Assembly: GCA_000320545.1 (NCBI GenBank)
Contig: ADNK01002608.1
Location: 62,001-126,000 of the forward strand
Source: Bigelowiella natans CCMP2755
Taxonomy: Eukaryota; Protista; Cercozoa
DNA: 64,000 nucleotides
Reading direction: 5' to 3'
The position numbers were made by a program, and so were the translations under genes. Positions 36,888-51,576 of the stretch are shown piece by piece; the first letter of the stretch is position 1, and each line of letters opens with the position of its first letter. Below the pieces are notes generated by a model. That model saw nothing but the letters and a program-made list of their open reading frames with translations, was not told where the DNA came from and ran no database searches.

Positions 36888-38672
36888 GTAAAGACATCGT
36901 TCAATGCCTCTAATATATTCCTTTCACAAATACTCAAACAATTCTTACGTAAACAGATCTGGAGTGCAAGCAGAAAGTAGCCACATAGAGGAAAAGGGCG
37001 ATTCAATTTAACTTTAGAAGCCGGATCTAGCGAGATTCGGTGTAGCAGCATCGTCCGTATCCATATTAATCGCGGTAGAAGTCATTTTTTTCTTTTCAAT
37101 CCCAAGCACATGCATTTTGTACAGAGTGGTTTGATACCAACAACGTTCCGGGCTCATCATGCGAATGATCGTGCGGCACATACACAAAACAACCACACAA
37201 TCACATCATTGGTCACAAACGTACATCTTCCCACCACGCAACGCCCATGCAAAATTAGATGATGTCATCAATCTAGCAATCATAATCAAGGGTAGAGACA
37301 CCAGCACAGACGTTGTATGCCTAGGCAATCAAGTGGTTGCTGCATTGACTAGCTAGAGATTCCATGCGAAGCAAATATGCAAAACTAGACTGTGTCAAAT
37401 CAAAAAACCAGAGCAATAATCATCGATTCTGTCCGCAAAATCGCACGTGATTTGATCATTAGTCGTACGCGACGCCGCGCGCGCGTCTGGACAACTCCGT
37501 CAAACAAACAATGAGAAAATCTGGTCCACGCCGTGACCCTGCGTTGATGCTGGCTTGCTAGCGGGCTCCAGTGCTGCTGCTAGCTTGACAAAGCGTCTAG
37601 CTGTGTCTCCAGAAAACATGCAAGTGTTCGCTCTCAAGTGTAGAAGAGATTATTTTCAAATTTCAAATCTTTTCGCTGCAAACTTTGGCCAAACTTGCTT
37701 GCCAAGCACGATGAGCCACCAGAGCACGGAGCAAGCGAGCGCGATGCCCAATGTGACGACTAGACGATCAGACGATGTTGTTGTCACTGGCTAGCTGGCT
37801 CTAGAGCTACGGGCTACACCCATGATTGTTGCGAGAGACCGTTTTTCATGGCATGATCAACCTCTGCATGGATGCACACGCGTGTGCTATGATCATTGCT
37901 GTGAAGATGCGCAAGCTCACCATCTTCGTTTTGCCACGTCATCACCCAGCTGTTCTTTGAAAGGAAATTCTCTGAAAGACAGCACTGATGGTTCTTCAGC
38001 TCTCCATTCATGTGACATGCAGCCCAATTTCAGTCGCAAGGCCATCAAGGGGATGCGGATGAGGCTTTCGTGATCAATTTCAATGAAGAGGAGGAAAAAG
38101 AAAACGTGTGCGGTGTCGACGAAGTGACCCGCATCGTGGAGACGGCTGATGAACGAACGAATGAATGAACGAGTGCACTGGTCAACGAAGTGATTTCAAT
38201 GGTGCCATGAGGATTTTTGGGCTTTCTGACTCATCCACTTCCTCCTCGATCAGCAAGACCCCCATGATCAACGAGCTCTCCAGGGGAGGGAGGAAAAAAA
38301 GACAGAAAGCATGCTCATGTCGCAGTGGTTAAGTCCCCTCGGTTATTCACTTTGCGACAACACCTGTGGTGCATTCTAACTCTATTTAAGGAGTCTCTCC
38401 GCATTTCCCGCCAAATATTTATTGACACAAAATAAATAATTACCCTTTGGAACATCCCTCCTTTACTCTGTAAGTGTGAGAGAGGGGCCTCAGTAAAGTG
38501 TGAAAAAATAACGTTTGTGCTCTATGGGACGAAGTGTTGCGGGATGTTTGGGGAATTTTAGTCATTCATGTTCTTGTCAGAGGTTATTTATCTGGTGCGA
38601 TGTGCACTGTGAACTTTTAGCACACATCGTGTTCGAATAAATTGCTTATGGTTGATTCCATTAGATAGCAAG

Positions 38673-39277
38673 ATGGATATGCTCTCCACGGAGCTCAAAG
38701 TTAGGTATGCAGAGAGAAAGATGAAGGAAAGAAGAACATATTTTTGTTTGTTCTTTTGAGAAATGAGGATGGTAGGGTTGGCCGTGATGATGATAAGAAT
38801 GGCGCTGTTTGGCACGATTTTCTTCTTTATGCTGATCTTCATCTTGAAGTTTTGAACATCATATTATTGTTTTTTGTTGGTGCTGGTGATGCATCAATGT
38901 GGTGCTGTTCTTCTCTCTCAACTGCCATTCAATCGCGTATCGTTACGGGTAGGCGTGGGGCTTCGAATTATATCCCAAAGCAGCGAGTTACGATCGAACC
39001 TTTCAAGAGTAAGTTGCGGATAAGAGATGTGACGCACCACATGCTGTTATCCAACCATCAATTTGTGAATTCGCTCCGTAGAACCTGATGATGTATTCTA
39101 CATGAGCAGTACAAGATTTGATCGGTATGTTCATAGGACGACCAGAACCGCCATCTGATTTTGAGCAGAAGGTAGAAGTAACTTCTAGCTTAAAGACAAC
39201 CCGATCATGCGTGATGTTATACCCAATGATTGTGCCTACTCTTTCAGTCTGCTATACATATACGTGTACATATATAA

Positions 39278-39324
<47 letters not shown>

Positions 39325-40579
39325 CCACTATTCTGCTCTTTCCCTTCCTACAACTGGCTACTCCCTCCTCCCTCCTCCTTACTTCCTCAATCTTAGGCTC
39401 TGGAAACTTTGACGGAAGCAGTGAACCGTATTCACCGGAAGGTTCCTATCGGATTTAGCAGAGAGGAGCTTTACCGGGTAGTATTTGAGAATGACCACAA
39501 ATGATGATGATGATGATGATGATGACGAAGAAGCTGATTATTCTCAGGATATTATGCAGTGGTCATTGAGATAAACTTACACCTATTGTAGATGATGATT
39601 CTTCTTCGCTGTTATATATTCAGCTGGTCGAAAGTTTATGCATTCACGAGAAAGCATCGAAGCTTTATAGTTGTCTCCACGATCTCTGCAAACAATTTGT
39701 GCAGCAGCAAGTCAGGAGCCTCGGGGGGGAGAGTATCAATAAAGGTGCTGCTGCTGCTGCTGCTAGTAGTAGTGGTGTGTTAGTCAATAGCCTATAAAAA
39801 TGACCTCCTTTTTTTTCATTCATGGCTATTCCTTACCTTGCAAGTTCTTGTGTTTTTGCCATCATCCAACATCTGTATATCGTTGTCGCAAACCACCTCT
39901 TTGCAAAGGTATTGGTGGAAAATTAGAAGTTGGAGCAGTTGCTGTTGCTGTAACACAACAGGATGAAAAGTATGGCTTCGCTAGTAAAAGACTACTACTT
40001 GTGCATTTCACCACCCCATCAGTGTGTATGTTTGCATCGAAATCATTAGTTATCCTCCCTCCTCTGAATTAATGATCACTTTCAGAAAAAACAAATACAC
40101 ACATATATAACTATATGTTATCTATGTATATATCAGTGTGTATATGCAATTGATATCCTCCTCCTCCTCTAGGATCTTGATGAAAGCAAGTTCGATTTGG
40201 CAGGACCATCGTAAGCAAATGAATGCTATCCGAAGGTAATATGGTAATGTTGCTTTTAGTAGTTTCTTTCCTTTCACGAATCCAACGCAACGTTATGGGT
40301 TATATATAAAAGGTGGAAGGTATCTGCTATGTATAACAGTGTGTATCGTTTGCTTCTAGTCAATAGTCAAATATTGTTCTTTTTTTGTTATACTATGATT
40401 GATTATGATTCTATCTCTCTTCTTCTTTTAACCTTTCTCCTCGCGCTCTCTTCCTCTCCACCTTCTCATAATATCATCAGCATTTTCCTGTATCTTGATC
40501 GGAGCTACGTCGTATCTCATCCGAGACTAACTTCCCTCAAGGGCATGGGCTTGTCCCTGCTTCGTACCACATTAACGTA

Positions 40580-40615
<36 letters not shown>

Positions 40616-40795
40616 GTTGTTAACTCTAAACTAACGAATCCCAACGGAGGGAAGAAAAGATAGAAGAAAGACAGACTTACATCTATACAATATAATAAGA
40701 AACAGCGACCTTAGCGATAATGAATCAAAAAATTAGAGCAGATAACAATCAATCCGAGGATTGATAATAGAATGAACACCTTTTACAATTTTGGT

Positions 40796-40829
<34 letters not shown>

Positions 40830-41059
40830 GAGGAGGAGGAGGAGGAGGAGAAGGAGTAAACGCATAGAACCACGTATTTTCAACTAGTTGTAGGAGAAGG
40901 CAACTGCTCATCGATAGACATCTCACCATAATTATTACCACACACATACATACAATCCCCCAGTATACCACCAACCACTATCATATCATTAAGCATTGTG
41001 GTTGTCTTCTGACACAGATTGGTGAGTCCAGTTACTGCCTCCTCATATACTACCACTAT

Positions 41060-41093
<34 letters not shown>

Positions 41094-42670
41094 GGCTTAT
41101 CATTTCAGTTCTCAACATCCACAATTACTACTACTACTGGTTTATTATTTCAGTTCTCAACATCCAGAAGTTTTGAGGGATATTGTAAGAGCTGTACTCT
41201 CTTACATAAAGAGAGATAGATCAAGGAAAGATAAGGTAGTAGTAGTAGTGGTAGTAGTAGTAGTAGTTGTTGCGCATGATTATGATGCTGTATTATTATG
41301 TATGATTTAGCGAATTATGATGATGATGATATTGATGATAACAACATATATCATAGGTAACAGCTGATACAGTCTTACTAAAATCTGTTCTGGATATGCT
41401 TTCGCATTTGGAAATATACGTCCAAGAATTTGAGGGTAGCAGTAGTAGTAGTAGTAGTAATAGTTATAGTAGTAGTTGTAGTTGTACAAGCATATTATCA
41501 TTCTTACACACCTATTTGCCATTGGATAATGCATAATATGAAAGGGAAGTCCCATCATTATGTGTTGTGTTGTCATCATGTGTTGTTCTGCATTCATTTT
41601 ACTTTAAATTGACAATAGCAACAGTTAGCGATTTGCAAATTGCTATTATCATACTTCACAATTGAAGGCGAACCAAATAGTTTAATTGAGATCGACATAT
41701 AGAAAAGAGGAGTAGAGAGAGTGGGGTTGCGGGGAGAGGGAGGGAGGGAGAGAGAGAGAGAGAGAGAGAGACGCATACTTGCCTCACTAGCAAGGGTTAT
41801 TGGAGGAGAAAGATTAAAAACATAACGTAGCATCACAAGTAGCAGTATCAGGAATTATACTAAATCTTAATAGAAAGAAGATATTTGGTGTGTGTGCGTG
41901 TGTGCGTGTGTGCGTGTGTGCATTGGTTGAAGAGGACATCATGAAACATTTATTTCTCTCTAAGGGATTGGAACGTGTAGATCATCAGCTTCACCACTAT
42001 TCACCATCATCATTGTCGTTGAGAACCCTCTTTGTTAAATTATATAAGGAGTATTCTTGAAAGCTACAAAGGAGTTTTATGCATACGAGGGTCAAAGGTT
42101 TGCAATGGTGAAGGGGGTGCCTGCTTATATGAAACACATATCGGAAAGATTGATCGAGGAAAACAAAAGGGTATGTATCATTCAAGTATGTATTGTTAAA
42201 TTCTTTTCGAAAAATACCGGCGGGGGGGGGGGGCATAAAACAACCACCCTGTGCGGTGGTCGCATCATTTATTCAGTTGGATTGGGTTTCTTTCTATCTG
42301 CTGATTTCTCCTCCTCCTCTTGCTACTTGCCCGATCGAATAATAATAACGACTGACTATATAAATACGTGCTATAGGTTGAAGATTATTTAGCAGAGAGC
42401 ACCAGGAAACCGCTGCTCAAAGCATTAGAAGAGGTAGGAATGCTAAAATATTAGTAGTAACAAGCGACGACTTTGGATATCCTGCCGTCCTCGTCGTGGC
42501 CACTATCTTGTATGATGTAACTTGCATGAGTATCTCCACAATAACAACAACAACTGAATAATCTGATACCACAGTCAGTGCACAAACAGAAGTGTTTTGT
42601 TATAATATGCTGATGGTCATTTAGTAGTAGTACATGTTTTGTTATAAAATGCTGATGGTCGTGTAGTAGC

Positions 42671-42708
<38 letters not shown>

Positions 42709-42999
42709 GAGTACATAAAACAACAAGAAGAAGAGGAGTACATAAAACAACAAGAAGAAGAAGGAGAAGAAGAAGACTGCTACGTTATTTGTTGACGTTA
42801 AAACCAGAAGAAGAAGATGATGAAGAAATAGAGTAGGAATTCACTTTGTTTAGTAATCTTCCGTGTTTCATTTATCTTTACTTCATGACTGTAGGCACTA
42901 ATTGCTAGCCATGTAGATACAATCGTCAGGTAAAGAATACATTATATAAAGATGATGATGTTGATGATAATGATGATGATGAGATTTTCATGGTACGCA

Positions 43000-43030
<31 letters not shown>

Positions 43031-43288
43031 TCTCTCTCTCTCATGTATGAGCATAGCTTATCTCCGTCTATATTGGCAAGCAGATGTATTGAAAAATTGT
43101 GAATAAAATTGTTAAATTGTGGTTGGAAAACTAGGAGAGGAGTTGATGAATTAGTGGAGAAGTACGCGACAGAGGATCTAGCGAGAATGTATCATCTTCT
43201 TTCTCGTGTGGTACTACTACTACTAGTAGTAGTAGTAGTAGTAGTAGGAGTAAAAGTAGCGAGAATGTATCATCTTCTTTCTCGTGTG

Positions 43289-43320
<32 letters not shown>

Positions 43321-43375
43321 TTGTCCACCCCAACTCAATAATAATTATTATTATTATAATAATAATAGCTTAAAA

Positions 43376-43408
<33 letters not shown>

Positions 43409-43568
43409 TATGACCTTGTTGCTGTAGTGCTTAATAATATTACGAATAATACGAATAATACTGATGATGATAATGGTGATACTACTGCTACTACTACTAT
43501 TACTACTACTACTACTGCAGGATGCATTGGCATCTCTAAAGAAGTACTTCCTAGATCATCTCAAAGTC

Positions 43569-43602
<34 letters not shown>

Positions 43603-44614
43603 GTGTGCGCATGTTTCTTCATAATAATGTACCTATGAATGGGGAACAACATCAACAAAGTCAGCAACCAGAGGTTCTCCTTACTTATCCATTGGTCAAC
43701 AACGACACCAGCCGTATCTACTTGTATAAATCCTTAGATTTTTAATGCGAACAACTCCTACCATGATGACGATGATTATTATTATTCTTCTATGATTGAT
43801 TGGATCTTCATTATTATTAGGTTGCTGGAAGAAATCTTGTGATGATGGGTGATGAGTCTCAAGTACTAAAGGATAAACAGCCAGGAGAAAGACTTAATCC
43901 CCACGAAATCAAACTCCTAGAACAGGAAGAAAAGAAAGTAGTAGTAGTAGTAGCGAGTAGGTTTCACAACAATCGAAGGGAGGGGGGTGATGATGATGAT
44001 GAGGATAATAATAATAATAATAATAATGATGATGATGATGAGAATGTAACGATGCTTGCTTCTGGTGTCGCAATGCCACATGATGTAAATCATCAATCAT
44101 ATCACTCTTCCTGGGAAATTAGAATACCTTTTTATTCTATGAGAAGGGATTGTTGTTGAAATAGGAGGCGGGGGAGGAAGAATGCAATAATGACAATTTA
44201 TCACTAACTGCTCACATCATCATCACCATCATCATCATTATTTTCATCATCACCACCATCAGAAAACAGGTACTACCTACTTAGTACCTAACATCCCTCC
44301 TCTTTCCTTCTTTCCTTCTTTCCTTCTTTCCTTCCTTCCTTCCTTCCTTCCTTCCTTCCTAGGTGATTCCTGAATTGCTAATGTATAAGAAGCGATTGGA
44401 TAAACTAGTGCACGATGCTTTTGAAAATGACCAGAACTTCACGTATGCACTGAAACAAGGGTAAAGAATACACTAGTAGTAGTAGTAGTAGTAGTAGTAG
44501 TAGAACCAGCCGGAGATATCAACAAGAGGAGGAGGAAGAGGAAAGGAGGAGAAGGAGGAGGAGGGGGAGGGTGCTCCTTCGTTGCTACTGCACACACACA
44601 GCCACACACCCCAC

Positions 44615-44652
<38 letters not shown>

Positions 44653-45159
44653 TTGTTACATCTTCTTGCTTCGTTCTCAACTTCCTAGTCGTTTCTATAT
44701 TATAAGACATTATCATCATCATCATCATTATTTTGGTTTGCCTTGTTTACCTGCCTGGCAGCACCCTAATCCATTATTATTGTTCTTGGTGCTTGAATCA
44801 ATAAAACCCCAGTTTTGAATATTTCGTTGGAGGTGCAGATTACCGAGTAGCTGAGCTACTCTCAAGACATGTTGATGCACTGTTGAGAGGAGCTAAGGCA
44901 AGAACTCTCACCACGGAACCTCAAGTCAATGAGATATTCAATCCACTCCTTACGCTATTTGGATTTGTGCAATCCAAGGATGTCTTCAAAGGGTATTCAT
45001 TATTATTAGTAGTAATAGTGGCAGTAGTAATAGTAATAGTAGTAGTAGTAGTTGTAGTAGTAGTAGTTGCTGTTGTTGTTGTAGTAGTGAAGAGAAGTGC
45101 AAAGCAACGACGTACGAATTCACTGTTATTTCTCATTATCATCAGATCATCATCATCAG

Positions 45160-45192
<33 letters not shown>

Positions 45193-45721
45193 TACTGTGC
45201 TACTGTGAATCATACAACCACCATAAAATTATATCACCTTAATACCATATGAGAAAATCTCCCTCGAGACTATTTAATGTGTTTCTCTTTCCCTTCTCTC
45301 TCACGTCGTTATACTCTTACGTGGTAAAACTGCTAAATTAATATTCATTAACATTACACGTTAGATTTTATCAAAAGGAGTTAGCGACCCGGTTACTAAC
45401 AGGGAAATCAGCTTCAAGGAACGTGGAGAAGGCATGAATGAAATATGATGATGTTGGTGTTGTTGTTGATAACAATAGTACTGATATTGATAATACATAC
45501 ATCATTACTACGTTGATATGATTTTGCTACTATAATGTGATCTTCATTTCATTAAATAAGGAGAAGGGCAGTGTTCCATCATCAACCGATTATGATATCA
45601 TTGCATTGTTGTAGATAATGCTGCAAAAATTGAGGGCTTTGTGCGGTGCCGCTTTTACGAAACATATGGAGTCTATGTTTGGGTCGGTTAACAACAACAA
45701 TATATAACCATTTATATCTTA

Positions 45722-45754
<33 letters not shown>

Positions 45755-47343
45755 AATGAGGATGACGACAATACGGTCTGTAGTGGTAGTAGTAGTAGTA
45801 GTAGTAGTAGTACCAGGATTACTAGTTTATTCGTTTTCTTAAATAGGATTAATCACCTCTATATACTGCTGCTGCTACTACAACCAATCCCTTCTACTTA
45901 CTTACTTACTACCAACTACTACAACTGCTATTACTACTGCTGCTGCTACTACTACTACTACTACTACTAGTGATATATCGCTGTCTGAGGACCTAGCACG
46001 GGAGTTTCATCGGAGTGGAAGTAGTAGTAGTGTCGCCCATCAAAGTGGAACACAGTTGTCGAGTAATAAAGATCAGGATAATGATGATAATGATGATGAT
46101 GACGATGATGATGATGGTGATGGGAAGCAGAGGGAAATGAAAAAAACATCGTCGTTGCAATTATATCTTTATTTTGTTGTTAACTAGTAACATTTATTAT
46201 TTCTATCATGATAGCTTTCATTATAATATCGATTGTCATTAGATTCACAATTAATGTATTACTTTATTGTTTTTGTTGTTGCTATTATCCTACATGTTGG
46301 TCTTTCCACGTCGTCATCGTCGTCCTTCTCCCTCCCTCCCCCTTTATTCATTCCTCTTGGTTTTTCTTCTTTTTCTTCTTCTTCTTCATCTTTCCTCGTT
46401 CTTCTGTAGTTGATTTCAGTGTTCGAGTGCTGACAGAAGGATCATGGCCAAAAAGCGATGATAACGGCAGCATGCAATCCATTTCACTAAATTTACCACA
46501 GGAAATCAAAGACTCACAAGCATCTTTTGAGGCCTTCTATGCCAAACGCCACAAAAACAGAAAATTAGTGTAATAGTACTTAAATGAATTTATGAACATG
46601 AATATGAATATACTATAATTACTCGCTAATGTCTTCTTCTGACACCATAAAATAATATGTCACTTCTTTTTCTTCTTCTTCTACTTCTTCTTCTTCTTTC
46701 TTTTCATCACCATACATATACTACTATCATCCACGGATATTGGTTGCTTACACAGGTGGCAGTACCCACGATGTGAAGCGCTAATAACCGCAGAATTTCC
46801 CATATGTGGCAAGAAGGAACTCAAAGTAGTAGTAGAACTAGTAGTAGTAGTAGTAGTAGTACTAGTAGGCAATTTTTATATGTTCTTTATCATCATTATT
46901 ATGTTTTACTACTATCCTATCTATCTCGCCCTTGTATTTAGTTGTTGTTGTAACTGTCATCGGTCGTCGTAGTAGTACCATTTGTAGCAGCAGCAGCAGC
47001 AGCAGCATATGATCCATTTAATATATATATAATATCTACTATTGTGATGATGATGATGATGATGATGGGGGATTGTTGTTGTTGTTGAATGTGTGTATTT
47101 GTTGTATATGGTAGTAGTGTAGTAGTAGTAGTAGTAGTAGTAGTAGTATAGTAGTAGTTATTGTTTGTACATGATTGATTTCTTTAAGAAATACTGTGAC
47201 ACGTTCCCCCTTCATATCAACGAACAAGATTTAACAGATGATAATGATGATGATGATGATGATGATGACGATGCAGAAATACTAGTAATAGTGGTGGTTG
47301 TTGTGCTATACTTCGCGCCTTCATTGCTAATATTTTCCTCATA

Positions 47344-47385
<42 letters not shown>

Positions 47386-48137
47386 TTGCAGGTAAATGCT
47401 TTCCAGGCTGTTGTATTAGCACAAATGTCTAACAAAACAGAAGCGATGAACTTTGCTGCTCTATCATCTGCCACAGGTACTGGATATGTCGGTATTGATA
47501 GTAGTCCTGTATCCTTCATTATTCCTTTTAATGATCGATTCGTTTACTCACCAGGAAGTAGTAGTAAACTAAGTATTGGTTGCTTATATGAACGACAATT
47601 CTTCCTCTTCATCTTATGATGATGATAATGATGATGATGATTTTTACATGATGATGATGCCTAAAAGGGTTAGATAGTAAAAACCTCCAAGAATCATTGT
47701 ATAGTCTCTTGGACTCAAAAATCATCTTGAAGGTGAGTAGTAAGTAGTAGTCAAAGATTATGATGACTATGCTGATGATGATGATCAATGAAATTATTAT
47801 TGAAACGAATAACATGCTGTCAGTCGTTAAATAGCTCTTTTTCATTCAATACCATTATACAAATGTGAGAGTAGTTTGCGTAGTACCTGAGGGAGAGGAG
47901 GAGGAAAAGGAGGAGGAGGAAGTATATGAGGAACTGCACTAGTATTAGCAACAATAGCAAACAATAGTAGCATCAGAGAAATGTTGTTACTGATATCCCC
48001 ATCATTATAAGATATATTATTATTACATATTGTGTTGTGTTTGTGTGTCATCAGGCTGGTAGTCATCATCGTAAGATTCTTCCAACAGATACATTCGTTG
48101 CGAATGGGTACTACTTATTCTAGTATTTGTGCTAGTC

Positions 48138-48168
<31 letters not shown>

Positions 48169-48234
48169 ACGGCAGCAGCAGCAGCACTGTAGTAGTGGTA
48201 GCAGTAGTCGTAGTAAATATGATCATCACTAGTC

Positions 48235-48309
<75 letters not shown>

Positions 48310-49673
48310 TATCTGGTACGCACGTACGATGATAATCCTCTAAATCATCGTCATCAATGTATGATCCTTCTTCTTCCTCTAAGCGGCTTCAAAACACATC
48401 TTCGTGTGCTGAAGGTTGTACATCATTATCATCATGATCATCATCATCATGTTGTTGATTGGAGCTAGTAGTAGGGGTGCTGTTGTATCTCTAAATGATG
48501 ATCATGATGATGATGATAATGAGACTAAGCAGCAGCAGCAGTAATAGTGGGTTTATCATCGAGTACACAGTAAGTATAAATTATGAAGTGTTACTGGTGG
48601 ATGATGGTAATGATTATGATTCTTTGATGATACTATTAAATCAAGTACATTGTTATACAATCAAAATAAAATCATTCATTCGTTTGTTCCAAGCTGAATC
48701 GCGAGCGACCGAAGATTAGGAGAAGAATGGAACGAAAACAAGTTCAAGAACAGGTGATTAGTGTGTTATGTATGCTGCTGTGACATTAGTGCAGCTGCTA
48801 CTATTAATTATCAAATTACAGAGTGAGTAGTAGGCAGTGAGTAGTGAGTTTGTTTGTTATCATTAAGCTCGATGAGAACTTTGTTGGTTGTAATAACAAA
48901 CAACAAATAAGGTATTGGCGGATAGAGGCTCCGTCCTGGATGCTACTATTGTACGAATCATGAAAACCATGAAAACAATGGCACATAAGGTTGATGATGT
49001 TGCTTTTTTGCCCTAGGATCCTTGGATATTTTATTTCCCTCCTCATCGTCAATATCATCATCTTCTTCTTCATCGCTGACCGATGTGTTTTTAAAAAATG
49101 TAAATCATTTGTGGAGTGCATTTTGCGATTAGCGTACGTTTGACTTATTTTCTGCTTGTTTGGCGTTCCAACATCATCATTATCATTAGGACCTTATGGC
49201 TGATGTTGTGAAACTAATCAAGTTTACGTGCACGGTTGGTTGTTATCACTATTATCAAAAAGTATGCGTTTATAATAGTATGAGTGGAACGTTGCTGTGC
49301 TGTGATAAGACCCATTAAACCCTAATAAATAAAAAGTGCTGCCATGGCGAAAGAATCATAACCAAAAAAGTGGAATATTAGATCACCTATTCAGTTGAGA
49401 AAAACGACGACAACGACGACGACGACGACGAATCCATTACCATTGAAATGTTTGATTGATTTTAAAATCAATTTGGACTATTAATAAGAGCATATTTATT
49501 CTTATTGCTATATTAGTTACTGATTTCATTCTAAGGTTATGGTAACGATGATAATCACTAATTACCATGATAATCAGGCGCAAGATATAAAGAAGCAAAT
49601 TGATGCTTTACTTCGCAGAGAGTACATAGAAAGAGATGAAAATAATCCAGAGATATACAATTACAAAGCCTAG
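38673..49673 (+). CDS. CUL4: Cullin (cullin-4-like), about 25 exons
   Basis: SREELYR, IFLYLDRSYV, SKDVFKG|FYQKELATRLL, VRVLTEGSWP, HKNRKL|WQ, neddylation motif DATIVRIMK and REYIERDENNPEIYNYKA* (49671-49673). Start uncertain; the CUL4 assignment rests on motif resemblance. Confidence 0.9.
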
Positions 49674-50277
49674 ATGTTTTTGATTGGGGTAAAACATTGA
49701 CACGGAAAAAAGATAATCACGGACGAATTTGTAAGTAAGAAAAATAAGAAGCCATATTTCGCTCAGCGCGGGTTGGATGAATGAAAACTATGCTATCGAC
49801 CAAGGTGTTTAGATGTACATCCAACTCTAGAAAGGTTTGTTTGCACGCATGCGACTCGAACAGATATGTAGAAATTGCAGTTTGAATGTCGAGATAGATT
49901 AATCACTATCTAGCTATGCCATGCCGCCCATAAAGTACATGTACACCGCAGCTAAATTTGCAGCGCACATCCAAGGATGAACGGTGCCGTAGGTGGTTGC
50001 AAACATGATGTACACAGTCTAGCAGTGTCCAAAACGCTGGTAGATGCTGTGCAGTCTACATCTGAACATCTCTAGATCTAGACATGCACATTTTTACACG
50101 TGAAACTGCCATGGTACTGTGAATCACCATGCACCTTCTAGCGTTCTAGCGTTGCCGCGCTCACATCATGAGATGCAACTCGGCACTCTAGCACTGATGA
50201 TGATCGGTCGACTTCATCGTTCGCACATGTACATCACATTCCATCAAGCAATCTGTTCAATTGTGTCTAGCGAGTAA

Positions 50278-50337
50278 GTGGCTACAGCGGTAACTGACAT
50301 TGAATCTGTTGGTCTCCGCTACGATGTGTTTCATGCA
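50278..50337 (-). mobile_element. Degraded LINE 3' fragment
   Basis: gtggctacagcg...aatctgttggtctccgctacgatgtgtttcatgc resembles the reverse complement of 15277-15331. Confidence 0.7.
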
Positions 50338-50752
50338 GTCTAGCAGTGCGTCAACAAATGCATCTTGCTTCGCTAGCTTCGCTCATCTAGTCATGCACAC
50401 GTGTGAGGAGGTGTTAGATTTCAGATGATTTCTGTTCACATGTGCACAAACACAAACACGCATGCGCACGGCTAGACGGCATGGCTAGATCTGAGATGGC
50501 AACAAGGCCATGTTTGTTGCGAAAGAGAAAGAATTGGGATGTCTTGCATGCATGTCATGTGAGCTAGTGTACACGATGATCACTTCTCCAGTGCATCATT
50601 GATTCCAATGTGCGGGCGGCGTGCGGACATCGGATGTGATGTTTGCACCCATTATTTCTCCTCACATGTGTTATCAGAGAATGATGGCGAGTGTTTGACA
50701 TGCAACTTTCATTTTCATCCTCTCGTGTCCTAGTGTCCTCCATCTACACCGT

Positions 50753-50787
<35 letters not shown>

Positions 50788-51073
50788 CATGCATGCATGC
50801 ATATACACATGCACATGTGTATGTATATATTATATGGTATGTATATACATACACACATCATGCATGCACACGCTGTGCCCGCATTCAAGCAGTGTAGCGT
50901 GTTGCGTTGCGTGTCAAACACGTAATGCCCATTGTCTGTTGCTGACAATGGACATAACATGCATGCTACACATTCTGCATGTAGCACATGGTGTGTTCAC
51001 AGTCTACAGTGCTGGATCAAGTTAGACATTGCTGGTCAAGAGAATTAGACAGGCATTTTAGGTGCAATGCACA

Positions 51074-51576
51074 TTAATTTTCGGCTTCACTTCCGACAAC
51101 TGATGGTTTTCTCTGAAATCGGAGTTGTTTCCACGTTTTCCCAAAATACTCAACGTTCCCTATAAATAAAATAATACGTCAAAATTAGGATTAGAAATAC
51201 ACTGCTTGATGTAGTGCACAACCGCTCTTCCTGTCTTCATCAAAGAACATGCAAGTTCCTATGGAATCCAAGAATTTCCCCTCATAGATCTTCCCGTCTA
51301 GAGAGAGGGACGGCCTCAACGAGTTCAGATTCTGAAAGTTTGAAAATTAGACATTATTCTCCTTTCTCTTCATCTCCAACCTTTCACCTCAATTTTCCGA
51401 CCTATCTACGCTCTCGCATTCCTCTTTCTGTTCCAGTCATCATGCTTGACATAGTTGATTTTAACAACCTTTATACCCAATATTTTGCCGGGTTTAATTG
51501 TCAGTGCATCCAGGCAACAATCTAAATCAACTAAAACATAAGTCTCCTCATATTCAGAGTCCGAGGCTTCCTCCAT
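51074..51576 (-). CDS. GTF3C6: TFIIIC subunit 6-like protein (3 exons)
   Basis: MEEASDSEYEETYVLVDLD...ILGIK|NLNSLRPSLSLDGKIYEGKFLDSIGTCMFFDE...|NVEYFGKTWKQLRFQR fits the TFIIIC_sub6 pattern. Not in the ORF track. Confidence 0.8.

Noticed and set aside
38318-38361. tRNA A-box-like gcagtggttaag within a small hairpin
   Set aside because: No B-box or cloverleaf; too short to support a tRNA or SINE call.
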